This document shows, one piece after another, positions 46,166 through 55,609 of a stretch of 64,000 nt of DNA. Numbering within the stretch: position 1 is the stretch's first letter; each line of letters starts with the position of its first letter. The notes under the pieces were generated by a model. It saw nothing but the letters and a program-made list of their open reading frames with translations. It was not told where the DNA came from and did not search any database. The position numbers were made by a program, and so were the translations under genes. Source of the stretch: a candidate division WS6 bacterium GW2011_GWF2_39_15 (GTDB lineage Bacteria; Patescibacteriota; Dojkabacteria; SC72); NCBI GenBank assembly GCA_000993565.1, contig LBWK01000001.1, positions 84,869 through 148,868 of the forward strand, written 5' to 3'.

Positions 46166-46831
46166 ATGATTAAAGCCAGTGATCTTAAGAAAACATACAA
46201 ATTGAATAAGAAGGTAGAGGTTCACGCCTTAAATGATATAAATTTCTCAATCCCTGAGGGAAGCAGTGTTGCAATTGTTGGGCCTTCAGGATCCGGAAAA
46301 TCAACCCTTCTGAATATTCTTGGTGGTCTGGATACAGACTATAAGGGAGAGATTCTTGTTGATGGAAAGGATATAAAAAAGTATGACACTAACTACTACA
46401 GAAGACATATTGTAGGCACTATTTTCCAGCAGTTCAACCTTGTCTCATCATTGAGCGTAACGGAAAACATATTATTGCCTATTACTTTTGGAAAACAATT
46501 TGATAAACAGCATGTAAAAGAAAGATTAAACTACCTTCTTGATACATTGGGGTTAAAAGATAGGGCTGAACATAAACCAACAGAACTTTCAGGAGGACAG
46601 TCACAGCGGGTAGCAATTGCCAGAGCCCTTATTGCTCAACCTAAGATAATTCTTGCAGATGAGCCAACAGGAAACCTGGACTCCAAAACGGGTAAAGAGA
46701 TCGTTAATATCCTTTTTAAACTAAATAAAGAAGAAGGTACAACACTAATTATTGTTACACACGACCCAGAATTGTTTAATAATGTTAATAAACAGATACA
46801 TTTAAGAGACGGTAAAATTATCGACAGATAA
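46166..46831 (+). CDS. ABC transporter ATP-binding protein (MacB/LolD/FtsE-like)
   Basis: 221 aa. Walker A is GPSGSGKSTLLNILGGLD, the signature is LSGGQSQRVAIARAL, and Walker B is ILADEPTGNLD. Confidence 0.8.
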   Translation: MIKASDLKKTYKLNKKVEVHALNDINFSIPEGSSVAIVGPSGSGKSTLLNILGGLDTDYKGEILVDGKDIKKYDTNYYRRHIVGTIFQQFNLVSSLSVTENILLPITFGKQFDKQHVKERLNYLLDTLGLKDRAEHKPTELSGGQSQRVAIARALIAQPKIILADEPTGNLDSKTGKEIVNILFKLNKEEGTTLIIVTHDPELFNNVNKQIHLRDGKIIDR

Positions 46832-46833
46832 CT

Positions 46834-48108
46834 ATGTTTAAATACGCCCTTAGCTTGGTGCTAAGAAGAAAATTGAGAACAGTTTTAACAAGCCTTGGTA
46901 TTACTATCGCGGTATTTCTCATAAGTTTTATAGTTTTTGGAATGCAAGATCTACAGAAAGTTCTTGTAGATCAGTTCAATAGAGTATTAAAACCGAATGA
47001 AGTAATAGTTGCAAAAGAATCGCCTTTCAGTATGTTTGGTACTACATCAACCTATGATCAGAAGGAAGAAAAGGAAGTAATTATGGATGATAATGTAGTT
47101 AAAAAGATAAACGACCTTAAATATGTCGAGAAAATCTCAAGGATGACTGTTCTAATGGGGCAACAGATAACATTGGATGATAAAAAGGTTCCATATCCGC
47201 AGGCTATGATGGCAGGCTGGGAGGCAAGCCCGGAGAGTTCGTACTTCACCGAATTCATTGGTGACGTTGAGAGTCAGGAAGACGGTCTTCTCTGGGTTTC
47301 GACATCATTCGCAAAGTTCTACAAAGAAGATCCTGAGAGTCTAATAGGACGCAGTGTGACACTTGAACCATCTGCTTCATCATTAATATCAAATAAGTCA
47401 AAGAGCATTATCGGCAAGAAGTTTACATTTAAAATATCAGGAGTCTTTAATCCAGGCCAGGATAAAAATGATGCGGTGCTCACAATCAATGATAGTATAA
47501 AAGTATTAAGCAGTTTAGGAGGCTTTACTGATAGTGCCGACTACATTGAGCATATAGGCTATGACGATCTTTATGTGACAGTAAACTCAGAGAAGGTAAA
47601 AGAGTTTAAAAAGTATGTCCAGGATGAATTTCACTATCAAACGTTTACAGCCGATGATATCCTATCAATACTCGGTAGTATTACTCAGGGACTGACAATT
47701 GCTTTAGTCATGTTCGGGCTTGTATCAGGGCTTGTAGCTGGCATTGGAATCATTAACACAATGATTATGAGTATTTATGAACAGACTAAAGAGATAGGCA
47801 TTATTAAGGCAATTGGTGCTTCCAATTCACAGGTATTAAGTATCTTCCTAATTCAATCAGGCTTTATAGGAATGTTTGGCGGAGTGATGGGATTAGCCCT
47901 TATTTTCCTCATTATGAAAGCAACAGATTCACTTGTTGTCGAGCAGCTTAAAAACGCAGGCTTTACAACAACATCATTCTTCAATTTTGATATAAAAATT
48001 GCATTAGGTATAACAATTGCTAGCATACTTGTAGGAATCATATCTGGGATTTACCCAGCTACCAGAGCAGCGAAATTAGACCCAATCAAGGCTCTTAGAT
48101 ACGAGTAA
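46834..48108 (+). CDS. ABC transporter permease, FtsX/MacB-like
   Basis: 424 aa. The order is TM1, a large periplasmic domain, then three C-terminal TMs with the FtsX-type motif (..IGIIKAIGASN..). It is adjacent to the ATPase gene. Confidence 0.75.
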   Translation: MFKYALSLVLRRKLRTVLTSLGITIAVFLISFIVFGMQDLQKVLVDQFNRVLKPNEVIVAKESPFSMFGTTSTYDQKEEKEVIMDDNVVKKINDLKYVEKISRMTVLMGQQITLDDKKVPYPQAMMAGWEASPESSYFTEFIGDVESQEDGLLWVSTSFAKFYKEDPESLIGRSVTLEPSASSLISNKSKSIIGKKFTFKISGVFNPGQDKNDAVLTINDSIKVLSSLGGFTDSADYIEHIGYDDLYVTVNSEKVKEFKKYVQDEFHYQTFTADDILSILGSITQGLTIALVMFGLVSGLVAGIGIINTMIMSIYEQTKEIGIIKAIGASNSQVLSIFLIQSGFIGMFGGVMGLALIFLIMKATDSLVVEQLKNAGFTTTSFFNFDIKIALGITIASILVGIISGIYPATRAAKLDPIKALRYE

Positions 48109-48705
48109 TTAAGAATTAATTCTTAGCAGGACGTTTTCCCAGTTAACCACACTCCACCAGTTTTCAATATATTTAGCCCTGTCATTTTGATAGCCCAAAT
48201 AGTAGGCGTGCTCCCAAAGATCATTAACAAGTACGGGTTTTAAACAGCCAATACCCAGCATATTATGACTTTGAACTTGTGTTATAAGAAGATTACTTTT
48301 ATCGTCCCTAACTAACATTACCCACCCGGACCCTTCCAACTGTTTGCTGACCTCACTGAACTCCTTCGTAAACATCTCGAAAGAACCGAAGTTTTTATTT
48401 ATCATCAACTCTAGCTCTTTCGGTACTTTATTCATCTTTTCGTAAGCCTTCATATTTGTCCAAAAGATCTCATGGAGCAGATGGCCATTTAAATGAAAAC
48501 TTAGATCCTTAAGTACTGATCTGTAGTTGATCTCCACTTCTCCTTTTCGGGCTTTTTCAAGGGTCTCCAAAGCCGCATTTGCACCGTTTACATATGCCTG
48601 ATGATGCTTATCATGATGTAGTTTCATTATCTCAGAGGAGATTATCGGTTCAAGTGCATCAAATGAATAGGGGAGCGGAGGTAGTTCATACCTTACATTT
48701 ACCAT
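48109..48705 (-). CDS. sodA: Fe/Mn superoxide dismutase
   Basis: 198 aa. LPPLPYSFDALEPIISSEIMKLHHDKHHQAYV and the C-terminal DLWEHAYY metal-ligand motifs are present. Confidence 0.85.
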   Translation of the reverse strand: MVNVRYELPPLPYSFDALEPIISSEIMKLHHDKHHQAYVNGANAALETLEKARKGEVEINYRSVLKDLSFHLNGHLLHEIFWTNMKAYEKMNKVPKELELMINKNFGSFEMFTKEFSEVSKQLEGSGWVMLVRDDKSNLLITQVQSHNMLGIGCLKPVLVNDLWEHAYYLGYQNDRAKYIENWWSVVNWENVLLRINS

Positions 48706-48744
48706 CGTATTAGAAATACTAAATTTAATTAATTATATAAGTAA

Positions 48745-49080
48745 TTAATTAGCTAGCTTCTCTATTACATACTGGCTGAAGTCGGAAATACCGGTACCGA
48801 ACTGTTTGCTTGGAAATAGATATATATTTTTACCCTTCCTCTTTGACTCAACGAGCCCTGCCTGCATAAGAGCCTTAACATGGTTAGAAACTGTTGGCTG
48901 AGGAATACGAAGCATCTTAGATATCCTGGTTACACAGTTGTCTGAGATATCATCACAATCCATACATGACTCGCATGCTGTATCAAGGATATCTAGAAAT
49001 ATTTTAAACCTGACTGGGTTAGAGAGTACTCTGAAGTACTTGGACATTTTGTTATTCATATATTGGAATTGTATAGTCAA
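48745..49080 (-). CDS. ArsR/SmtB-family transcriptional regulator with N-terminal Cys cluster
   Basis: 111 aa. FRVLSNPVRFKIFLDIL ... PTVSNHVKALMQAGLV is an ArsR wHTH. The insert CESCMDCDDISDNC provides four Cys. Confidence 0.6.
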   Translation of the reverse strand: MTIQFQYMNNKMSKYFRVLSNPVRFKIFLDILDTACESCMDCDDISDNCVTRISKMLRIPQPTVSNHVKALMQAGLVESKRKGKNIYLFPSKQFGTGISDFSQYVIEKLAN

Positions 49081-49142
49081 AAAGATGTTTTGGCAAGTAT
49101 TATGATATAGTTTAGATATATAATTTAAGTATTTAATTAGCT

Positions 49143-49427
49143 ATGACATACTCACAGGCGGATAAATATTCCCGTATGTTTAGAGTTTTATCAGATCCAT
49201 ACGCCCTACTTATATTAGATATACTTTTTGAAACAGATGGGGAACAAACACCAGAAGAATTAGCATCGCAAGTTAAGACTAGTGAGAGCAAGGCGAGGGG
49301 AATATGTGAAGAATTAAGGCAGCTTAATGTATTAGATAAGGATAATGAAGACGGTAGGGACGTGTACGAGGCTATAGATTCACAGTATGGTAACTTCTTA
49401 GAGGCTGTTATTGAAAAGATAGACTAG
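49143..49427 (+). CDS. Small ArsR-like HTH protein
   Basis: 94 aa. FRVLSDPYALLILDILFETDGEQTPEELASQ resembles the ArsR N-terminal helix/HTH. It is divergent from the upstream ArsR gene across 62 bp. Confidence 0.45.
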   Translation: MTYSQADKYSRMFRVLSDPYALLILDILFETDGEQTPEELASQVKTSESKARGICEELRQLNVLDKDNEDGRDVYEAIDSQYGNFLEAVIEKID

Positions 49428-49492
49428 TGGCCTCCTGTGAGCTTCTGATTTAAAATCATTGAAACCCACAGGAAATGGGGTGGCCAACTAGT

Positions 49493-49825
49493 TCAGAACT
49501 TCTCATTCTGAGTGGCTTGCCATGCAGCAAGGCTACCCAAAAGCTGAGCTCCGTTAAAAAGACCAAAAGCAAGTGATGCCAACGCAGAGATTAAGTACTG
49601 ATCGAATGCTAAAGGCATAACCATCAGAGCATAAATTAATCCCTGTGCTGCTCTCACAAGCCAACGTCTCTCCACCAATGTGCTTGCGTATCCCATAGCA
49701 AGAAGGATACCCATGAACACACTAATGTGTCCAGAATTCATCCTCGCGAGTATTACTGCAAGGATAAATCCGCATAAAGCCCCTCCAAAGTCCGAAGCAT
49801 TCTGACGAATATCTTCATTTGACAT
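49493..49825 (-). CDS. Hypothetical small membrane protein (3-4 TM)
   Basis: 110 aa, hydrophobic, with no motif. Its local GC appears higher than the surrounding sequence by eye. Confidence 0.35.
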   Translation of the reverse strand: MSNEDIRQNASDFGGALCGFILAVILARMNSGHISVFMGILLAMGYASTLVERRWLVRAAQGLIYALMVMPLAFDQYLISALASLAFGLFNGAQLLGSLAAWQATQNEKF

Positions 49826-49951
49826 AGTAGGCCTCCTTTAGGCCACCCCATTGTGTTGGATTATACCATCTCACTATAGGGTAGATAAAGGTATAATAAG
49901 GTTAGAGCTATGAAGTTTCTTTAATGTAAATATCTATGTTATATTATCTCC

Positions 49952-50626
49952 ATGTATAAAAATATTATCTTTGATTTTGACGGTACTCTCAATGACTCAC
50001 GCGATTTCACTATCGCTACATTTGTGGGAATAATGAAGGAGAGAATAAAGAGAAACTTTAATCATTATTTAAGTAAAGATAAAAGAGAAATACTCCAAGA
50101 AGTACGAACACTCACATTCAGGACACTCAAAGAACGCTTCAAACTCAACCTGATTACCTTTCTCAAAACCAATATCCGAATACAGGAATTAGAATATCAG
50201 TTCCTAGTAAATAATAGTAAAGAGACAGTACTAAAGGAACTTCCTTTCTACAACGGAATGATTGAACTTACTGAAGAGCTAAAAAAACAAGGAAGAAATA
50301 TATATATACTCTCCTCAAATAAAGCTAAGGTAATTAAATACATGCTTAAACTAATTGGAAAAGAAGATCTCTTTATAGATATAAATGGAGAAACCAGCCT
50401 TTTTGGAAAGGAAATGAAACTTAGAACATTTATGTCCAAACACAAAATGAAAAAGGAAGATACAATTTATATAGGTGATGAATCAAGAGATGCATATGCT
50501 TCTAAAAAGGTCGGTATTTCAATAGCCTCTGTGACATGGGGATATGCAAATACTAAAGTGCTCCAACTTGAAAAACCTACTTACATTTGTGAGAGTGTAA
50601 AAGAATTAAGAAAAATTCTCCTCTAA
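49952..50626 (+). CDS. HAD-superfamily hydrolase (phosphoglycolate-phosphatase-like)
   Basis: 224 aa. Motif I is IIFDFDGTLNDS, motif II is LSSN, and C-terminal GDESRD is motif IV. Confidence 0.6.
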   Translation: MYKNIIFDFDGTLNDSRDFTIATFVGIMKERIKRNFNHYLSKDKREILQEVRTLTFRTLKERFKLNLITFLKTNIRIQELEYQFLVNNSKETVLKELPFYNGMIELTEELKKQGRNIYILSSNKAKVIKYMLKLIGKEDLFIDINGETSLFGKEMKLRTFMSKHKMKKEDTIYIGDESRDAYASKKVGISIASVTWGYANTKVLQLEKPTYICESVKELRKILL

Positions 50627-50657
50627 GCTTGATTTCAAAACTAAAACAATCGGGAAC

Positions 50658-50734
50658 TGGTCGGGGAGACAGGACTTGAACCTGCGGCCTCTGCGTCCCA
50701 AACGCAGCGTTCTAGCCATCTGAACTACTCCCCG
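50658..50734 (-). tRNA. tRNA-Pro (anticodon TGG), CCA encoded
   Basis: The reverse complement reads cggggag-ta-gttcagatggctagaac-g-ctgcg-ttTGGga-cgcag-aggcc-gcaggttcaagtcctgt-ctccccg-a-cca. Confidence 0.8.
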
Positions 50735-50817
50735 AAATCTTCTGCATTTTAACACACTATTCTTAAAAACAAAAAGGGAGGATCACTCCTCCCTTTCCAT
50801 TAACAAAGTAAATAAGT

Positions 50818-51216
50818 TTAGAACTTATTCATCATCTGTAATGCATACTTGGAAAGAACAGGAACATCCCATCTCTCACCCTTGTATGCTTTCATAGCGG
50901 CAACAATGATAAGGATTAAGCTACCTAAGCTAAGCAAAGGCATAAGGCAAACGCTTAAAACCCCCATTATTACGTTTACAACAGGAATTAAACCTAAAAC
51001 AAACATAAGCACACCGAGACCTAAACCTGCTACAACAAGTAGTCCAAACTGAGCTGCGTAATATCTTACAAAAAGATCCTTCTTCTCTACGAAGAAAACA
51101 ACTGCACCAACAATTGGGATGCAGGACAAAGCTGCCATAAGAGCATTATCTTTATTGAACTTAATATCGTTCAATGATACTTGTCTTACAGCGTCCTTTA
51201 CGGTAGTTTCTGCCAT
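50818..51216 (-). CDS. Hypothetical membrane protein (DUF4870-like)
   Basis: 132 aa. An N-terminal soluble segment precedes ALSCIPIVGAVVFFV...YYAAQFGLLVVAGLGLGVLMFV, a pattern typical of the small DUF4870/TM2-like family. Confidence 0.4.
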   Translation of the reverse strand: MAETTVKDAVRQVSLNDIKFNKDNALMAALSCIPIVGAVVFFVEKKDLFVRYYAAQFGLLVVAGLGLGVLMFVLGLIPVVNVIMGVLSVCLMPLLSLGSLILIIVAAMKAYKGERWDVPVLSKYALQMMNKF

Positions 51217-51320
51217 TTAAAGTAATATAATATATTAATCTCCATAGTATAGAAGAGAAGTGGTCAATAAATCAATAGACAAATTTTTTACTACAAGATG
51301 TTGAAATATATCTCCGAGAG

Positions 51321-51335
51321 GTATACTATGTATAC
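51321..51335 (+). promoter_or_regulatory. Candidate operator: GTATAC-tat-GTATAC inverted repeat 24 nt upstream of lexA
   Basis: The 15-bp element is built of two self-complementary GTATAC hexamers. It is followed by two direct copies of ATTAATATAT (51337..51346 and 51351..51360) flanking the lexA start codon. Confidence 0.25.
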
Positions 51336-51358
51336 ATTAATATATTAGCCATTAATAT

Positions 51359-51994
51359 ATGAACCAATATTTAACAGAAAAACAGGTTAGGGTGTTAACA
51401 ACTATCAGGGACTTTTTCCTTGAGAATGGTTACGCTCCATCTCTAAGTGAGTTGCAATTAATGCTAAGTATTAATACCAAAAGGGGAGTAGTAAATCATT
51501 TGGAATCACTCGAAAAGAAGGGATATATTATTAGAACAAGTGAACCAAGAGGTATTAAGCTTGTTGAGGAGGAGGAGTATGAATATATGATCGGAATTCC
51601 CATACTCGGATATGCCAATGCCGGCCAGCCCCTCGCAATTGCAGAGGAGGATAGACTGGGTCTGCTTCACGTAGACAAGTCTCTACTTAGTCATAAATCA
51701 AACCTTTTTGCCCTAATTGTCACCGGTGACTCAATGAACCAAAGGAATATCGAAGGGAAACCAATGAGCGATGGAAGCTATATTATTGTTTCAAAGGATA
51801 GTGATGTAACCAACGGCGACGCAGTAGTTGCAGTCTTAGACAACTCTGCGACCGTAAAATCCTATAAGAAATCTGATGACATGATAATACTATACCCGGA
51901 GTCTGATAATCCCAAACATCAACCTATATACCTTGATCAGTTCAGTAACAGTTTAATTAATGGTAAAGTTATAAAAGTACTTGAAAGACCATAA
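51359..51994 (+). CDS. lexA: LexA repressor (S24 peptidase)
   Basis: 211 aa. The N-terminal wHTH is LTEKQVRVLTTIRDFFLENGYAPSLSELQLMLSINTKRGVVNHLESLEKKGYI. A linker with AG..PLAI follows. The S24 domain has GDSM (Ser) and VVAVLDNSATVK (Lys). Confidence 0.75.
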   Translation: MNQYLTEKQVRVLTTIRDFFLENGYAPSLSELQLMLSINTKRGVVNHLESLEKKGYIIRTSEPRGIKLVEEEEYEYMIGIPILGYANAGQPLAIAEEDRLGLLHVDKSLLSHKSNLFALIVTGDSMNQRNIEGKPMSDGSYIIVSKDSDVTNGDAVVAVLDNSATVKSYKKSDDMIILYPESDNPKHQPIYLDQFSNSLINGKVIKVLERP

Positions 51995-51997
51995 CAA

Positions 51998-52537
51998 ATG
52001 GCTTCAGTGTTGGAGATATACAAGGGTAATAAATATGTAAAGCTAGTCATAATACTTAGACTGCTCGGATATCTCGTTATCCCCTTTAAACCTCTTGAAG
52101 GGATCTTGCTTTCTATGTTTTTGGATTGTGTTGACTGGTGGATCCTAAGCTGGGGAGGTATACCTAAAAGAATGTACCATGTTTTGGATAAACCTTTGGA
52201 TTACATTCAATACCTAGTTATGCTTATACCTCTTTTTCACACCCCAATATTTCCTGCATATGCACTTCTTTTATTATGGAGGACAATTGGGCTAATAATC
52301 TACACAAAAAAACATAGCAACAAAATATTTGCCCTCTTTCCAAATGTCGCCGAATTGCTAGCGCTAATATACCTGATTTCCGAGAAATTCAACCTTAATA
52401 TAAACGTCCTGGATTTTAAAATTTTGTTCCTCCTCCTTGTAATCAAAGTAATACAAGAGTTTTGGCTACACTATTTTTCCAGAGGAGTAACCTACCAGTG
52501 GATCTATAACTTGAGAAAAATATTGTCGCAGAAATAG
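51998..52537 (+). CDS. Hypothetical polytopic membrane protein co-transcribed with lexA
   Basis: 179 aa with 4-5 TM. It starts 3 nt after the lexA stop. No motif found. Confidence 0.4.
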   Translation: MASVLEIYKGNKYVKLVIILRLLGYLVIPFKPLEGILLSMFLDCVDWWILSWGGIPKRMYHVLDKPLDYIQYLVMLIPLFHTPIFPAYALLLLWRTIGLIIYTKKHSNKIFALFPNVAELLALIYLISEKFNLNINVLDFKILFLLLVIKVIQEFWLHYFSRGVTYQWIYNLRKILSQK

Positions 52538-52559
52538 TAATGTAGTATTATTACTCAGC

Positions 52560-53543
52560 TTGAATTATCAATCTCGGATGATGGATATAAACACAGATAA
52601 CATTCTAATTGGCGATACAATTTATATCTCAGGACACAAGAAGCCTGACCTAGATGCAGTCGTCTCAGCATATTCATACCAGATATATAGACACGCCAGG
52701 GGTGACTTCAACTATATAGCAATTAGATCTGATGATGTAAATGCAGTTACAAAATGGATTTTCAATCACTTCAAGCTGGATATCCCAATGCTAATTAGAG
52801 ATGTAAGCGGGAAGAAACTTGTACTTGTTGATCATACAGATCCCGTACAAAGGCCAGATGGATGGGAAAGAGCTGAGATTATTGAAGTCGTAGACCACCA
52901 CAACCTCAAACTTGAAACAACAGTACCTCCAAAGATAACTATAAGACCATACGGATCAACCTCTACGCTTGTAGGACAGAAATTGATACAGGCCAATGTT
53001 AAAATCCAACCCAATGTTGCAGGCCTTATGCTCGCAGCGATTATCGATGACACTCTTGCTCTTAGGTCGCCAATAACAACGTATGTCGACAGATCTATTG
53101 CCGGACAGCTATCTGCAATTGCAGGTATCTCCGACATATCCTCGTTTGCCCGCGAACTCTTTGATCATAAAGATATATGGCTCAAGCTGAAAGCAAACCA
53201 GATTATAAATACTGACATTAAAGAATTCGATGCAAATGGTACATCTGTTGTTATAACACAAGTAGAAACCATGGATAACCAAAAACTTTCAAAAAAAGAA
53301 CCCGAACTCGTTCTGGAACTTAAAAAACTAAACCGAACACAGCCTAAGGACATTAGAATTGTTATGCTGACTGATCTTCTCAGAAATGATTGTATTATCC
53401 TTGCGGATGGGAACAAAGCACAGGATCTAGAGAAAATTTTCGGGACTCAACTTGAGAAAGGAAATAGAATGTACCTTCCAGGGGTCCTTTCAAGAAAAAA
53501 GCAAGTTCTTCCTCCAATACTTGATTATTATACTAAGATATAA
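52560..53543 (+). CDS. ppaC: DHH-family phosphoesterase, family-II (Mn-dependent) inorganic pyrophosphatase-like
   Basis: 327 aa. GHKKPDLDAVVSAYSY is DHH motif I, VLVDHTD is motif II, and EVVDHHN is the DHH motif III. LMLAAIIDDTLALRSPITT resembles PpaC LMLSAIISDSLLFKSPTCT. Confidence 0.6.
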   Translation: MNYQSRMMDINTDNILIGDTIYISGHKKPDLDAVVSAYSYQIYRHARGDFNYIAIRSDDVNAVTKWIFNHFKLDIPMLIRDVSGKKLVLVDHTDPVQRPDGWERAEIIEVVDHHNLKLETTVPPKITIRPYGSTSTLVGQKLIQANVKIQPNVAGLMLAAIIDDTLALRSPITTYVDRSIAGQLSAIAGISDISSFARELFDHKDIWLKLKANQIINTDIKEFDANGTSVVITQVETMDNQKLSKKEPELVLELKKLNRTQPKDIRIVMLTDLLRNDCIILADGNKAQDLEKIFGTQLEKGNRMYLPGVLSRKKQVLPPILDYYTKI

Positions 53544-53576
53544 CCAACAAGTGAAAAAAGTGATAGTATATTCAAT

Positions 53577-54308
53577 ATGAACCTTCTGACAGTAACAGAC
53601 CTGACGAAAAAGTACAAAGATTTCAAGGCAGTAAACAGCATTTCATTCAGTATACCTAAGGGAGAGATATTCGCCCTTATCGGTCCAAACGGGGCAGGCA
53701 AATCAACCACGCTAAAGATCATCGCAACAATACTTCAACCGACATCAGGTAAAATAACTCTTGAAAATAAAGACTTCAAAAATATGCGCGATGATGTACG
53801 AAAAATGATTACGTACCTTCCAGAAGAAGCAGGTGCATATAAAAACATGAAAGGAATTGACTATCTAAACTTTATGGCACAGCTCTACAGCACCAGTAAA
53901 GCAGAGGCGACAGAAGCTATAAAATTTGCCCGCGAGTTATCAGACTTAGGCAACAAACTGAGAGATAAAATATCCACATATAGCAAAGGGATGACGAGAA
54001 AACTCCTCTTAGCAAGAGCTCTAATGTCAAAACCTAAATTGGCAATTCTAGATGAGCCCACAAGCGGTCTTGATGTAATTAACGCTTTACACATAAGAAG
54101 AACAATTAAACAAATGAGCAAATTAGGGATGACTGTACTACTTTCTTCCCATAACATGCTTGAAATAGAGTTTCTGTCAGATAGAGTTGCAATTATCGAT
54201 AAGGGTGAAATCATTGAGATCGGAGAACCAAATGAGTTGATGAAAAAACATAATGCGAAGAATCTTGAAGAAGTATTTTCTAATTTAACACAAAAACAGA
54301 ATGAGTAA
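53577..54308 (+). CDS. ABC transporter ATP-binding protein (ABC-2 type)
   Basis: 243 aa. Walker A is GPNGAGKSTTLKII, the signature-like motif is YSKGMTRKLLLARAL, and Walker B is ILDEPTSGLD. Confidence 0.8.
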   Translation: MNLLTVTDLTKKYKDFKAVNSISFSIPKGEIFALIGPNGAGKSTTLKIIATILQPTSGKITLENKDFKNMRDDVRKMITYLPEEAGAYKNMKGIDYLNFMAQLYSTSKAEATEAIKFARELSDLGNKLRDKISTYSKGMTRKLLLARALMSKPKLAILDEPTSGLDVINALHIRRTIKQMSKLGMTVLLSSHNMLEIEFLSDRVAIIDKGEIIEIGEPNELMKKHNAKNLEEVFSNLTQKQNE

Positions 54309-55548
54309 GTTTTGGGTTTTGCTTAAAAAGGAGGTCAAAGAGCTACTCACTCCACAAATGATTGTTCCCTTCATTGCAATGGTTGTTGTCTTCATGCTTA
54401 TGGGAAATATCATAGGCAACGAGACTGAAAAGCAAACTTCGCAAAAGGTTCAAATTGTTTTTACTGATAACGATAAGACACCGTCCAGTAACACAATCAA
54501 ACAATCAATGGAAGCGGCCGGATATGAAATAACTACCAAAAGTTCAGCACAATCACATGTGGTAATACCACAAAACTTTGAAAGTGATTTAAAGGCTCAA
54601 AAACAACCAACCATTGAAATAATCACTAAGTTAGATAATCTTTCCATTGTAAACAATGTCAATACACAACGAACAGCACAAATAGGAACACTCATTAATG
54701 AATTAACGGCAAACATTGTTCTACAATCCAAGCTAAAACCAAATGATATAGCCTTTTCAAAGCAACCAGTAAAAATATCCGATACAGTTAAATTCAACAA
54801 CAAAATGGCACAAATCACGGTCGGAGAAATCTTCGGTTACCTATTATCACAATCAACCGTTGTACCAATTGTCCTCTTTTTGGTTATAACACTAGCTTCG
54901 CAATTAGTTGCAACAGCAATCGCATCCGAAAAAGAAAACAAAACATTAGAGACTTTACTATCAATACCTATCAGCAGGAAATCTATTGTGGCTGCTAAGC
55001 TAATGGCAAGTGGAGTAGTTTCATTCTTTATTTCTATCCTATACCTATACGGAATGAAATCATACATGGGAGGTTTGACATCCACAGCAACACAAAGTCT
55101 AGACCAGAGCAAGGTACAGGAAGCTATTCAGCAATTGGGCCTAAATATGGGAGCAACGGATTATGCACTTCTCGGACTCAGTCTGTTCCTCGGAATAATG
55201 GTTGCACTTTCATTCGCTTTTATATTAGGAACTTTTGTTGAAGATATAAAGTCTGTACAAGGTGCAATAACTCCATTAATGGTAATGTTGCTTATCCCAT
55301 ATGTCCTAACTCTGCTACTCGACATTTCAACTCTAGCCTTGCCCGTCAAAATGCTTGTATATGCAATACCCTTCACACACACCTTTACGGCGATGAATAA
55401 TATTACATTAGGAAGATTCCCTGAGCTCTACGCAGGGATGGCGTATATGCTTGTAATTGTCATAGTGGGTATAATTGTCGCAAGCAAACTCTTTTCTTCA
55501 GAGAAGATATTTACATTCAAGCTTAACTTTTTCAAGAAGAGTGCATAA
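54301..55548 (+). CDS. ABC-2-type transporter permease
   Basis: 415 aa. TM1 is followed by a 150-aa extracytoplasmic loop and five C-terminal TMs. It overlaps the ATPase gene by 8 nt. Confidence 0.6.
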   Translation: MSKFWVLLKKEVKELLTPQMIVPFIAMVVVFMLMGNIIGNETEKQTSQKVQIVFTDNDKTPSSNTIKQSMEAAGYEITTKSSAQSHVVIPQNFESDLKAQKQPTIEIITKLDNLSIVNNVNTQRTAQIGTLINELTANIVLQSKLKPNDIAFSKQPVKISDTVKFNNKMAQITVGEIFGYLLSQSTVVPIVLFLVITLASQLVATAIASEKENKTLETLLSIPISRKSIVAAKLMASGVVSFFISILYLYGMKSYMGGLTSTATQSLDQSKVQEAIQQLGLNMGATDYALLGLSLFLGIMVALSFAFILGTFVEDIKSVQGAITPLMVMLLIPYVLTLLLDISTLALPVKMLVYAIPFTHTFTAMNNITLGRFPELYAGMAYMLVIVIVGIIVASKLFSSEKIFTFKLNFFKKSA

Positions 55549-55609
55549 AATAGCGTTTACACCAATACTCGTTTCCTATACACTAGGATATTATTCATAA
55601 TATGCTGAC

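Noticed and set aside
48106-48126. Perfect 14-bp palindrome AAGAATTAATTCTT at the convergent junction of the FtsX-like gene and sodA, considered as a bidirectional terminator
   Set aside because: A 7-bp stem with a zero-length loop cannot form a hairpin, and there is no flanking U-tract. It overlaps the sodA stop codon and is likely coincidental in AT-rich sequence.
49493-49825. Apparent locally higher GC of the small membrane-protein gene as evidence of horizontal acquisition
   Set aside because: The impression is by eye only over about 330 nt. Hydrophobic proteins are codon-biased toward G/C-containing codons (Ala, Gly, Leu), which can explain it. No mobility genes or repeats flank it.
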